From: a virus
Lineage: Duplodnaviria; Caudoviricetes
Length of the DNA: 40,571 nt
Strand: one strand, 5' to 3'
IMG/VR virus record: IMGVR_UViG_3300048590_000239
Coordinates: 1 to 40,571 of that record
The translations under genes were made by a program, and so were the position numbers. Under the pieces are notes generated by a model. The model ran no database searches. It was given only the letters and a program-made list of their open reading frames with translations, and was not told where the DNA came from. Of the stretch, positions 18,475-26,706 are shown piece by piece (position 1 is the stretch's first letter; every line of letters begins with the position of its first letter).

Positions 18475-18734
18475 TCCGCACCCTCCTCCCACAACTTAAC
18501 CAACCTTACGATCTCACTTCTCATACCATCTGAAAGAACGCAATAACCCATAACATCCATCAAAATGTCGTGCAAATCCTTGCCTCGTTCGCTCAGCACT
18601 GCATTCTGTTGCTCTAGATCAATAATCTGGTCTAACAGCTTCATGCTCCTCTTGCCCAAAAAATACAGCTTTGTTTCTGCCGCCTGCACCTTTTCTCTCA
18701 GTTCACATTCCCTGCATATCTCTGCGTGGTTCAT
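18471..18734 (-). CDS. Hypothetical coiled-coil protein, paralog of 17480-17644
   Basis: AGGAG RBS; EICRECE...HDILMDV...DGMRSEIVRLVKLWEE. Confidence 0.7.
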   Translation of the reverse strand: MNHAEICRECELREKVQAAETKLYFLGKRSMKLLDQIIDLEQQNAVLSERGKDLHDILMDVMGYCVLSDGMRSEIVRLVKLWEEGAE

Positions 18735-18758
18735 ATGTTTTCTCCTTTCTGTCCCTCG

Positions 18759-19157
18759 CTAACACTTCTTGCCGCCGTGCCGGTACGGACGCGTTGCGTT
18801 GTATTGCATTTTCGCCTCGATTGCGGCGCTGATGTCTATACCTTCATGCCCGCAGTAGTCCAGTATCCTGATGATGCAATCGGCCAGTTCTATTGCTATC
18901 CCTTCAGGCTTGTCACCTCGCCACGGACAATCCGGATCGTCAAAGCGTTCACAGTCAGGGCTGCACGGAGAAGACATGCCCATGTTGCACAGATACCACA
19001 CTTGTGGCCGTCTCTCCCTGTATTCCTCCAGAGCCTCCGACAGTTCCGAGTGGAACAGGGCAATAAGTTCCGGCAACTCCCTATTTGTACTCCACCATCC
19101 GTGATCCTTGGCAGTATCGTGTATCTGTTGCGCGAGTTCATTCAGCGACCCGGACAT
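18759..19157 (-). CDS. MazG-like nucleotide pyrophosphohydrolase
   Basis: IALFHSELSEALEEYR...KPEGIAIELADCIIRILD...AKMQYNATRPYRHGGK. Confidence 0.85.
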   Translation of the reverse strand: MSGSLNELAQQIHDTAKDHGWWSTNRELPELIALFHSELSEALEEYRERRPQVWYLCNMGMSSPCSPDCERFDDPDCPWRGDKPEGIAIELADCIIRILDYCGHEGIDISAAIEAKMQYNATRPYRHGGKKC

Positions 19158-19480
19158 TAGGCAAACCCTCCTCGATTAAACTTGCTTAATATGCGGCTGT
19201 GCCCGTGCCTGCTTATATCTGCCGCCCTTGCCCTTAGCCCAGGCACTTCCGACTTAATTATTGGATCTGGTTTATCTGCAAATACCCAATCACATAACTC
19301 AAAATCAGTATTGGTCAGGGTTAGCTTGTACTTGCCTTTAATACTTCTAAAGACATAATGGGACACACGCTTTCCACGCTGTATATCTATTAGTTCAACC
19401 AATGGCGGCTTTATCCACTTATCTCCCCTAAGCCCCCTAAGCCCTGTTTCGATCAAATAACCTTTATCACCAATATTCAT
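19157..19480 (-). CDS. Hypothetical protein
   Basis: GGGGAGG RBS before MNIGDKGY; TAATG coupling to next gene. Confidence 0.6.
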   Translation of the reverse strand: MNIGDKGYLIETGLRGLRGDKWIKPPLVELIDIQRGKRVSHYVFRSIKGKYKLTLTNTDFELCDWVFADKPDPIIKSEVPGLRARAADISRHGHSRILSKFNRGGFA

Positions 19481-19496
19481 CCGTATTCTTCCTCCC

Positions 19497-19724
19497 CTAC
19501 ACAACATCCCGCACACTACGGCCATATCGCCTGTTATATATGTCTATCGCCAGAACCCGCTTAACTCCCTGATGCTCTCCGTCAAGACCCAACTTGTGAT
19601 AGAGCCTGTACATCTTGGACGGGATAGTTTTGGGCGAGTAATAAAGTTCTGCCGCTATCTCCTCCTTGCTTTTCCCTTCTGACAAAAGCCTGAGCATCTC
19701 AATCTCTATATCGTCTAACTTCAT
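19497..19724 (-). CDS. LuxR/GerE-type HTH transcription regulator
   Basis: EIEMLRLLSEGKSKEEIAAELYYSPKTI...RLYHKLGL. Confidence 0.8.
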   Translation of the reverse strand: MKLDDIEIEMLRLLSEGKSKEEIAAELYYSPKTIPSKMYRLYHKLGLDGEHQGVKRVLAIDIYNRRYGRSVRDVV

Positions 19725-19739
19725 CTCCCCTTCTCCTTC

Positions 19740-20648
19740 CTACGATGCCTTAGCCACAGTGCGGTAGTCCTCGACCCCTACAAGCCATGCCTGCTCTGCC
19801 ATCTCTGCCAGACGCGAACAGATCCTTTCTGACCGTTCACCCTTGAGGGTCTCCCTGAGGCTGTCCATTGAGACTGCATTGGTCGTGATCACAAGCGGCA
19901 GATCGTGGTTGTACCTATGGTTGACAATGTCATACAACTGTTCGTCTCTCCATTCGGTCACCCTCTCTACCCCGGCATCATCAAGGATCAGCAGATCCAC
20001 ATTCTTGGCCTGCTGCAGCGTTGTGTTCTCTCCGCGCAGCGTCTCCTGCCTCATTTTGTCCATCATTGCGGGAAGGTTAAGAAACAGCACCGGCTTGCCC
20101 TGTCCGATATAGCGATTGGCCATTGCTATAGCCAGATGCGTCTTGCCTGTCCCTACGCCGCCGCCCAGAATAAGGCTCTTGCTTGTCTCTGCACACTCAA
20201 GTGCAATTGCCTTGGCTACCTTTGCAGAACTCGGAAGGTTGAGCGTTGAATAAGTCTCAAACGTGTTGCGTCTTCTCGGACGCGGAATCAGGCTGTCTTC
20301 GAGAAGATCCGCCATGCTCTGCTGTACTTTGGCAGCGGATATATTGGAACAGACCTCAGCTGCTACGGATACCCTGTTATATCCGTTGACCTCAGTCAAC
20401 ACAGCAACGTACCTTGCCCCTGAGTGTGGACAATCCTTTGCATCGGTGCATACCCTGCAGTCTTCTTCGTGCCTCATTACTGTCCTTAAGAGGAGCAGCT
20501 GCCTGTCATCGAGATCTTCTTCCGTGATTGCCGACCCGAATTTGCCCTTCAGCCAGGATAATACTGTCCCCCACATCTCCTGTCTCAGCGCCTCTTCCTT
20601 AGTCTCGTTAGGGGTCCATGGTTCGTAACTCAGCCTGCCTGCCGACAT
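19740..20648 (-). CDS. DnaC/IstB-like AAA+ helicase loader
   Basis: Walker A GGVGTGKTHLA, Walker B LLILDDAG, IVNHRY...ITTN, RICSRL. Confidence 0.9.
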   Translation of the reverse strand: MSAGRLSYEPWTPNETKEEALRQEMWGTVLSWLKGKFGSAITEEDLDDRQLLLLRTVMRHEEDCRVCTDAKDCPHSGARYVAVLTEVNGYNRVSVAAEVCSNISAAKVQQSMADLLEDSLIPRPRRRNTFETYSTLNLPSSAKVAKAIALECAETSKSLILGGGVGTGKTHLAIAMANRYIGQGKPVLFLNLPAMMDKMRQETLRGENTTLQQAKNVDLLILDDAGVERVTEWRDEQLYDIVNHRYNHDLPLVITTNAVSMDSLRETLKGERSERICSRLAEMAEQAWLVGVEDYRTVAKAS

Positions 20649-21562
20649 GATGCGTCACCCCCAATTTCAATACCGTATTTTTTGGCCATCTTGCGGTTGT
20701 GCTCCTCTGCCTGTTGGATGTACCCGGCCATTTTTGTGTCCTTGTCTTCCTTCGAGGGTGTCTTGTACCTTGATGACTCAGCCGCCCTTGAGATCCAGTT
20801 CCGCATGAACAGCCTGGGATTACCGCGCCCTGCCCTGAGGTTCTTCTTCTCACTGAGCCAATCCTTCATCTTCCTTACCTCAGCTAACATATCCACAGCA
20901 GGAAACTCCACGGAAAGCGTCCGTATCTGAGCCAGATCCGCATTGTAGTCATACTTTCTGCCCACAACCTCTGAGAGCAGACGGAGCATCTCCTTCTCGT
21001 TAGACGTTGTTTCACACTGTGAATCAGTGAAGAGTGAAGGTCCAATAGAGGGACAATAGTCTTTAAGTTCTTCTTTAACTTCATCTTCAAGTTCTAATTC
21101 AAGTTCTAATACTCGAGGGGGTGTCGAGGGGCTTGAAGGGGTATCTATACCCCTTGAAGGGGCTTCCATACCCATAGGCAACCCCCCGAAGATGTCCGGA
21201 TAGGCTGTGTAGAGGTGCCATTTCAGCAATTTAGACTCCTCTTTGTCAAGAAGTGTCTGTAAGCATTGGATCAGGTTGACCGATATTGCCGTCTGGTTGC
21301 GTATGAACCTTAACAGCAATATCTTGTATCCATCGACTACAACCTTATTGGTACTGATAAAGTGTCCTATTGTTTTATTCACTACCTCTTCACTCAGCCC
21401 TGTCTCATTGGCTATCTTCTTCCTAGTGATCTCGAGGATGCCTAGGTTGTTCGTGTGTGAACATGTAAAGAGATAGAGGTACAACAGTTTGGCATCACTG
21501 GACAGACCCTCAATGAAAGGATCTGCCCAGAATGACATCTTGATCGTTCTGTATTCAGCCAT
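20630..21562 (-). CDS. Phage replication initiator / replisome organizer
   Basis: YRTIKMSFWADP...KLLYLYLFT...IANETGL N-terminal wHTH; low-complexity linker with iterons; FMRNWISRA C-terminus. Confidence 0.82.
   Translation of the reverse strand: MAEYRTIKMSFWADPFIEGLSSDAKLLYLYLFTCSHTNNLGILEITRKKIANETGLSEEVVNKTIGHFISTNKVVVDGYKILLLRFIRNQTAISVNLIQCLQTLLDKEESKLLKWHLYTAYPDIFGGLPMGMEAPSRGIDTPSSPSTPPRVLELELELEDEVKEELKDYCPSIGPSLFTDSQCETTSNEKEMLRLLSEVVGRKYDYNADLAQIRTLSVEFPAVDMLAEVRKMKDWLSEKKNLRAGRGNPRLFMRNWISRAAESSRYKTPSKEDKDTKMAGYIQQAEEHNRKMAKKYGIEIGGDASCRQAG
21060..21176. repeat. Candidate replication origin: iterons plus AT-rich tract inside the initiator gene
   Basis: TCGAGGGGG, TCGAGGGGC, TTGAAGGGGT, TTGAAGGGGC at 21113-21175, next to repeated AAGTTCT(AAT) AT-rich units. 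Confidence 0.55.
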
Positions 21563-21594
21563 AACTAGCACCCTTTCCAAAGGGCAGAAGCGGC

Positions 21595-22317
21595 CTAAGC
21601 CGCCCCTGCCTTATTGTGCTTGACTTCGTCCTGCGCTGTGATGCCCACAAGCTTGATCTCGTCTTCCGTGACATCGGCAAAGCCGGGAACATCCCGACCC
21701 AGAACGTTCTTGACGTATGTCAAGACTTCGCTTTTCTCAAGCCCAAGCCCCTGCTCTTTGTTGCAAAGCACGTAATACAGCCTCTTGATAAGAAGATCCT
21801 TGGCAGTAGGTGTTTTGGCAGTTGCGTTGGGGGACTTTGTTTGTTGTGTCTTTGATGGCGCAGACGAAGCAGTCCTTGGTCCCGACTGAGACTTTGGGAC
21901 AGGAGGCGAAGCGGGCCTTGCCATGCCGCCCTCTGCATCGTCATCTTCTGAGGCAAGCCCTATGGCGGCGCAAAGCCCGTATCTGCGGGCATAAGTAATA
22001 ACAGACCCAACAGCCTGCGGATCCTTCTTGAGCAATGGCATTCTGAGTGAAGAACTGAGCCACTCTCCGCTGCTGTGCAACAACATGGTGTTAAGGGTTA
22101 CACTTTCTCCGTCTATTGAGTCCTCTATGCCCTGGAAGACCGCTATGCCGTTCTTGGTCAATGGCTCCCTGCATGCCTCGTAGCAGCTTGCAAGGTCAGC
22201 ATAGACAGACTTGAAATATGGATTGTCCTGATTCTTCTTTGCCGACTTCATCTCGGCCTGCGCCTTTGCGAGTGCGCCTGCAATTGCTCCGATAGTTTCG
22301 CTCTGCCTTATCATCAT
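21595..22317 (-). CDS. erf: ERF-family single-strand annealing recombinase
   Basis: ALAKAQAEM...NPYFKSVYADL...HSSGEW...PQAVGSVITYARRYGLCAAIGLASEDDDAE. Confidence 0.9.
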   Translation of the reverse strand: MMIRQSETIGAIAGALAKAQAEMKSAKKNQDNPYFKSVYADLASCYEACREPLTKNGIAVFQGIEDSIDGESVTLNTMLLHSSGEWLSSSLRMPLLKKDPQAVGSVITYARRYGLCAAIGLASEDDDAEGGMARPASPPVPKSQSGPRTASSAPSKTQQTKSPNATAKTPTAKDLLIKRLYYVLCNKEQGLGLEKSEVLTYVKNVLGRDVPGFADVTEDEIKLVGITAQDEVKHNKAGAA

Positions 22318-23024
22318 GCAACCTCCTTGATCGTGCTGAAGCCCTGTTTACGGCCTCTGTCATAATTCTGCATTCCCTTGTAGAGAGCCAGAGCACTCTT
22401 GAATACGCTCCATCCTGCCTCTATCTGCACATCTGACAAAACGTGGTCATCAAATCCCTCGTCAGCTGTTCGTCCCACCCGGAGCAGCCTTACTCCGTCA
22501 ACCTGCATCCCAACCTCACGCAGAAGCCGGCAGTAAGCCGCAACCTGATACTCGTGCTCAGGGTACAGCCCCTTGCTTGTCTTGATGTCAACGAGCCACT
22601 TCCTGCCGTCAATATCTCCGTACCAGTCAATAGTTCCACCGAAGCAGAATATCTCCGACACAAGAGGCAGCTCTATTGAGTGCGTGATCATCTTGCTTCC
22701 GCTTGACCTCTCCCACTCGTAGAAAGAGATAACAGCGTTCTCTGCGGTATCTATCTCTTCCGGGGTATACGCCGTGCGATCCCAATCAGGGCCGCCGAGA
22801 TATTCCTGTATCATCTCGTGAGCCAACGTTCCGCAACGTGCCGTAGCATCTACATAGTTGGCACTGTCTATGCCCTGTAGTCCCAGATTATTGGCCCAAC
22901 GTACAAGGGCAGGCTTGTTGATCACACCTAGAATTGTTGTGACGCCGGGGACCCTTTTGCCGTCCTTTGTCTTATAGACTGTATGTACCCGTCCTCTTTT
23001 GGCAGCCGATGCTTCTAACTTCAT
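22314..23024 (-). CDS. PD-(D/E)XK exonuclease, partner of ERF
   Basis: PGVTTILG...GTLAHE...E...GGTID...LVDIKTSKG...YQVAAY. Confidence 0.85.
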   Translation of the reverse strand: MKLEASAAKRGRVHTVYKTKDGKRVPGVTTILGVINKPALVRWANNLGLQGIDSANYVDATARCGTLAHEMIQEYLGGPDWDRTAYTPEEIDTAENAVISFYEWERSSGSKMITHSIELPLVSEIFCFGGTIDWYGDIDGRKWLVDIKTSKGLYPEHEYQVAAYCRLLREVGMQVDGVRLLRVGRTADEGFDDHVLSDVQIEAGWSVFKSALALYKGMQNYDRGRKQGFSTIKEVA

Positions 23025-23197
23025 GACGCTTCCTCCTCTTCTGTTATCTCAAGCCACTCATCGTGCCTGTGGCAGTCAGGGTTATCGGGGTCTTGCTCTT
23101 CACATAGGTTCAAATCGCTTGCTCTAGGGAGGATAAGATTGTTGGCAAATCCCTCATAATTCCAAGGGCAATCAGAACAATAGTCACTTTTGGTCAA
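23021..23197 (-). CDS. Small Cys-containing acidic protein (58 aa)
   Basis: Not in track; TTG start, MTKSDYCSDCPWNYEG...CEEQDPDNPDCHRHDEWLEITEEEEAS; ATGA overlap with exonuclease. Confidence 0.55.
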   Translation of the reverse strand: MTKSDYCSDCPWNYEGFANNLILPRASDLNLCEEQDPDNPDCHRHDEWLEITEEEEAS

Positions 23198-23212
23198 CTC
23201 TCTCTCACTCCC

Positions 23213-23241
23213 TTGTGTATGCCTTGCTTAATTGGTATAAT
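23213..23241 (+). promoter_or_regulatory. Sigma70-type promoter pointing against the early operon
   Basis: TTGTGT-17 nt-TATAAT with TG extension. Confidence 0.6.
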
Positions 23242-23247
23242 GTGTGT

Positions 23248-23316
23248 AGATATTGAGTTGGACTGAGCCTCCTTCTCTTCGTAACGCCCCTCGTCTGCCA
23301 ACGGGGGGTTTCTTTG
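23248..23316 (+). ncRNA. Candidate ~70-nt antisense small RNA
   Basis: Lies between the + promoter and hairpin CCCCTCGT-CTGCCA-ACGGGGGG followed by TTTCTTT. Confidence 0.4.
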
Positions 23317-23320
23317 TGTC

Positions 23321-24001
23321 TCACTGTGTCCTCCCTTCTATTTCCCTGCTGAGGGAGATCACGCGTTTGGCATACATCCTGCCTGCTGACTCATTGCCCG
23401 GTCCTGCGTTGTATCGTGCAAGCGCCCTGTCCAGAGACTTAACGTTCCGCGCATATGAGAACAACTTGAAAACTCCTGCCGTAATGTTCGCGCGGTAATC
23501 CCACAGTTCATTGGGATCTGCATCTTCGATGATCCCGGCCTTGTGCAGCTCATCCACGTTGACAGGATGTATCTGCATAAGCCCTATCGCTCCGCAGCTC
23601 GACAGAGAGATCCACTTAGCCCCGCTCTCACGCAGCATTACTGCAAGCACTACCTCAGGGGTTATGTGTTGCCATGCCCCTCTCTGGTAATGGGGGTCAG
23701 AAGAGAATCTCTCTACTGCTTCGTTGATGTGCCGCAGGAGATCTCCTGCATCTGTGTTGGAAAGGTGCGGATTGTACCTCTGTATCCAACGTATGTGCTC
23801 CTCGTTGGTCGGAGTTTCGTCAAAGCTGTAAACAATACTCTCTTGCTGCACTTCCGCAGCATGATGTTCATATCTCTCTGAGAACGCCTCGTAAGCCGCT
23901 GTTCCTGCACCAAAGGCAATGCCTATCGCTATGGCCCATACAAACGGCGCTGTGACCTTGATGCCTGCGACCTTGTTGTTCTTGTAGAAATAGACCTTCA
24001 T
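23321..24001 (-). CDS. Membrane-anchored lytic transglycosylase (SLT domain) in early operon
   Basis: N-terminal TM (FVWAIAIGIAFGAGTAAY); SLT motifs AVMLRESG, GAIGLMQI, ALARYNAGPG. Confidence 0.88.
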   Translation of the reverse strand: MKVYFYKNNKVAGIKVTAPFVWAIAIGIAFGAGTAAYEAFSERYEHHAAEVQQESIVYSFDETPTNEEHIRWIQRYNPHLSNTDAGDLLRHINEAVERFSSDPHYQRGAWQHITPEVVLAVMLRESGAKWISLSSCGAIGLMQIHPVNVDELHKAGIIEDADPNELWDYRANITAGVFKLFSYARNVKSLDRALARYNAGPGNESAGRMYAKRVISLSREIEGRTQ

Positions 24002-24186
24002 GCCGCCCTCTCCTTTCTGAAAAACTCTTCAAGCTCGGACTCAGTCCAATAGCGCGACCTTGTCCCTATTAAGTGTCCTTTCGGCAAACGACCCTCTCTT
24101 ACCCAGTTCCAGATCGTTCTCCTTGACCTGTTTAATAAATCCGCTAAATCGTTCGCGGTGTAAAATCTTTCTTGCATAAGGCTCAT
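23998..24186 (-). CDS. xis: Excisionase / AlpA-like HTH protein
   Basis: YTANDLADLLNRSRRTIWNWVREGRLPKG...RYWTESELEEF; follows cro-like gene. Confidence 0.75.
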   Translation of the reverse strand: MSLMQERFYTANDLADLLNRSRRTIWNWVREGRLPKGHLIGTRSRYWTESELEEFFRKERAA

Positions 24187-24213
24187 TGCTTCTCCCCCTT
24201 ACCGTTACGTGTA

Positions 24214-24486
24214 CTACGCAACTAAACGCTTCTTTGCCTGACTTAGCCGTCTCTTGAGACACGGCTCCTTGCTGTGGGGCAGTGCACCAGAGACGGCTGC
24301 CGGAGGGTTTAAAATTGTGTCGGCCGTGCACCCGAAATACTCAGTAAGGACAGACAGCATCTTCAGCGATGGATCCTGTACGCCTCTCTCCCAACGACTG
24401 ACCGTCATCACGTCAATCCCCAGAATCTCGGCAAGCTTCACCTGTGACAGCCCCTTGCTTTTCCGTAGCGTTGCGAGTCCCTTCAT
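24214..24486 (-). CDS. Cro-like XRE HTH regulator
   Basis: LRKSKGLSQVKLAEILGIDVMTVSRWERG; first gene of leftward lytic operon; AGGAGGTG RBS. Confidence 0.85.
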   Translation of the reverse strand: MKGLATLRKSKGLSQVKLAEILGIDVMTVSRWERGVQDPSLKMLSVLTEYFGCTADTILNPPAAVSGALPHSKEPCLKRRLSQAKKRLVA

Positions 24487-24517
24487 TCATTTCACCTCCT
24501 TCCTGCTAACTTCGATT

Positions 24518-24597
24518 ATTATAGGCACTACATGGCTAGTTGTATATAGGTCTATAGACCCAACTTGGTCATGTAGTGCCTAGTTAGTAGGTATAAT
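24518..24597. promoter_or_regulatory. Divergent promoter/operator region (genetic switch)
   Basis: Leftward TATACA(24546-24541)-17-TATAAT(24523-24518); rightward TATAAT 24592-24597; palindrome GGTCTATAGACC 24549-24560; 13-bp IR 24522-24534/24570-24582. Confidence 0.75.
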
Positions 24598-24639
24598 AAA
24601 ACGATTGATATTATCGGGACTATTGCAGATAATGGAACT

Positions 24640-25062
24640 ATGAAGACTAATCTAGAACTGAAAGACCTGATAAGAAATAAGCGCAGAGAGATGGGCCTGA
24701 CGCAGGAACAGCTGGCAGAACTCCTGTGTGTCGATGTCATGACTGTGTCGAAGTGGGAGAGAGGCAAGACTATCCCCAAGAAAGAGAACCTGGACCGCCT
24801 GGGATTGTTCGAGGGTCACGGACTGCTCTTCGAGGGAACAGTGCCGCCAACAATACAGAGCGAAGACAAGGGTCTGATTGGCAGGCTGCAGACAAGCAGA
24901 GCAAGAAGGGAGATGTACTCTGAACCGAGGATAATATCACTGCTTGGCAGTTTGACAGACGCGCTGCCGGACGAGTATCCCTATATGTCAGAGTCCAGAC
25001 AACAGATAGTACGCAAGCTGCTGCAGGAGTGCCTGAGAATTACCGGAGGTGAGGGATCTTGA
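24640..25062 (+). CDS. CI-like XRE repressor (no S24 peptidase domain evident)
   Basis: IRNKRREMGLTQEQLAELLCVDVMTVSKWERGKTIP; divergent from cro-like gene. Confidence 0.85.
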   Translation: MKTNLELKDLIRNKRREMGLTQEQLAELLCVDVMTVSKWERGKTIPKKENLDRLGLFEGHGLLFEGTVPPTIQSEDKGLIGRLQTSRARREMYSEPRIISLLGSLTDALPDEYPYMSESRQQIVRKLLQECLRITGGEGS

Positions 25063-25292
25063 GAATTATATTTATTCTGTTGATGGGGTTTATCGCCTAT
25101 AAATACAAAGATATCCTCCAATGGCTGGAGGATGAGAAGTCATTCTCTGAGCAACAGATAAGCATGGTGAATAAAGCCTCTATCGTGTTGCTGATAGGGC
25201 TTTTTGTCTACCTTGTGAACGTGAATGTACAGTTCGCGGGGGCTACTATGGCAACTGTACTTTTATGTAGGACCAGAGGGGCTAAAAAATAG
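25059..25292 (+). CDS. Small membrane protein co-transcribed with repressor
   Basis: Hydrophobic segments; start overlaps repressor stop; GGAGGTG RBS. Confidence 0.55.
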   Translation: MRIIFILLMGFIAYKYKDILQWLEDEKSFSEQQISMVNKASIVLLIGLFVYLVNVNVQFAGATMATVLLCRTRGAKK

Positions 25293-26481
25293 GCTTGACC
25301 GGCTTGGGAGTCCTGTCTCTTAGCGAGTCCAGATAGTCGGCCCACCATTGCATCATGCTGGTACGGTACGGCATATGCTCAGCATAATTGTACGCAACTG
25401 CCACCTCTGAGCCTACTCTATGAGCGAGCTGCAGTTCCACGGCCGCCGGCATCCAACCCTCTTCATGCAGCCGGGTGCTTGCCATCGAACGGAACCCGTG
25501 AGCAGTTATCTCCCCTCGTCTAAATACCTTGTTACCCTCGTCATCCTTGAGCGACAACAGCGCCTTGACCTGTGTGTTCTCGCACATAGGCACGCCCCTA
25601 TGCTCTTTACAGACAAACGGATGAGCCAGATGCCCGGTGATCCCGCGCAGACGTTCAAGGATATCTATTGACTGCCACGACAACGGCACAAGATGGGGCC
25701 GCGACTTTGCTTTCATTTTTTCTGCGGGAATCCTCCACAGACGATCCTTAATGTCGAATTCATGCCATTTGGCAAGACGCAGTTCGCTTGGGCGCACAAA
25801 AGTATATGCCTGGAGCTGCAGCGCAAACCTCACAACCTCTTGGCTGTAATTAGATATAAGCCTCATAAGCATGCCTATCCCTTCCGGATCCGTAACGGAT
25901 GCCATATGCTTCTTGGGCTTTGGATGGATGACCCTACGAAGCCTGACAGTAGGATCGTCTTGGGTGTAACCTTCGCTTATTGCATAGTCATACACATTCT
26001 TAATAAGATTTAACACCCTTCTCGCCGTTTCGGTGTGTCCGTCTAATTCTATCCCCTTCGCCAATGCCTTTATTTCGGTCGAAGTTATGTCGGTTGGTAT
26101 AAACATACCTATTTTGGGAAGTACGTGCAATGTGAGCCGTCCACGGTCGAGATAGCGTGTTCTCTCGCTTGCCCGTGACCGTGATTCTTTAATCCCTACA
26201 TATTCCAGGGCAATTTCGCCAAAAGTAGGCGTTGCAGCATTAGGATCTTTCCCAGATAACAGGTCATTCCGAACAGAGTCCCTTTTGGATCTCGCCTCTG
26301 AGAGTCCGACAGCTGGATATTCACCCAGAGTGATCTTATGGGTCTTGCCCCCGACCTGTATCCTGTACCTCCAATATTTGCGCCCGGTCGGTCGGACCTC
26401 TATATACAGACCATCTGAGTCTCCTGCCGTGTATATCTTATCTGATGCCTTGAGCGATCTCAGCTTTGCATCTGATAGCAT
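25282..26481 (-). CDS. int: Tyrosine integrase (P4-like, with N-terminal arm-binding domain)
   Basis: DGLYIEVRPTGRKYWRYR...TLGEYPAVGLSEAR; catalytic R (FVRPSELR), HGFR, LAH, AYNY. Confidence 0.95.
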   Translation of the reverse strand: MLSDAKLRSLKASDKIYTAGDSDGLYIEVRPTGRKYWRYRIQVGGKTHKITLGEYPAVGLSEARSKRDSVRNDLLSGKDPNAATPTFGEIALEYVGIKESRSRASERTRYLDRGRLTLHVLPKIGMFIPTDITSTEIKALAKGIELDGHTETARRVLNLIKNVYDYAISEGYTQDDPTVRLRRVIHPKPKKHMASVTDPEGIGMLMRLISNYSQEVVRFALQLQAYTFVRPSELRLAKWHEFDIKDRLWRIPAEKMKAKSRPHLVPLSWQSIDILERLRGITGHLAHPFVCKEHRGVPMCENTQVKALLSLKDDEGNKVFRRGEITAHGFRSMASTRLHEEGWMPAAVELQLAHRVGSEVAVAYNYAEHMPYRTSMMQWWADYLDSLRDRTPKPVKPIF

Positions 26482-26644
26482 CTGCCAATGCCTCCCTCTC
26501 TGTGCAACTATATGTATACTATAGACGTTGTACAGCTTCTTGTACAGTTATATGTTGCATGTACAGGTTGTATACTTCACCTTATTGCACTATGAGTATA
26601 CAGGTATACATAGCTAAGCCCTTGCAATGCCTATATAAAGACAC

Positions 26645-26672
26645 AAAAAATACCCGCCTGTTAAGGCGGGCA
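26645..26672 (-). terminator. Intrinsic terminator downstream of the tRNA-like att core
   Basis: Minus strand CCCGCCT-TAAC-AGGCGGG-TA-TTTTTT. Confidence 0.75.
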
Positions 26673-26682
26673 GAAGTGTACT

Positions 26683-26706
26683 TGGTGGAGCTTAGGGGAT
26701 TCGAAC
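26683..26706 (-). other. attP core: 3' end of tRNA-Ala (T-loop to CCA)
   Basis: Minus strand GTTCGAATCCCCTAAGCTCCACCA = T-loop, T-stem 3' half, acceptor strand AAGCTCC, discriminator A, CCA; no 5' half of a tRNA present. Confidence 0.85.

Noticed and set aside
26683-26706. Functional tRNA or tmRNA gene
   Set aside because: Only the last 24 nt are present and the upstream bases do not complete the T-stem; this is an att core. A tmRNA target cannot be fully excluded
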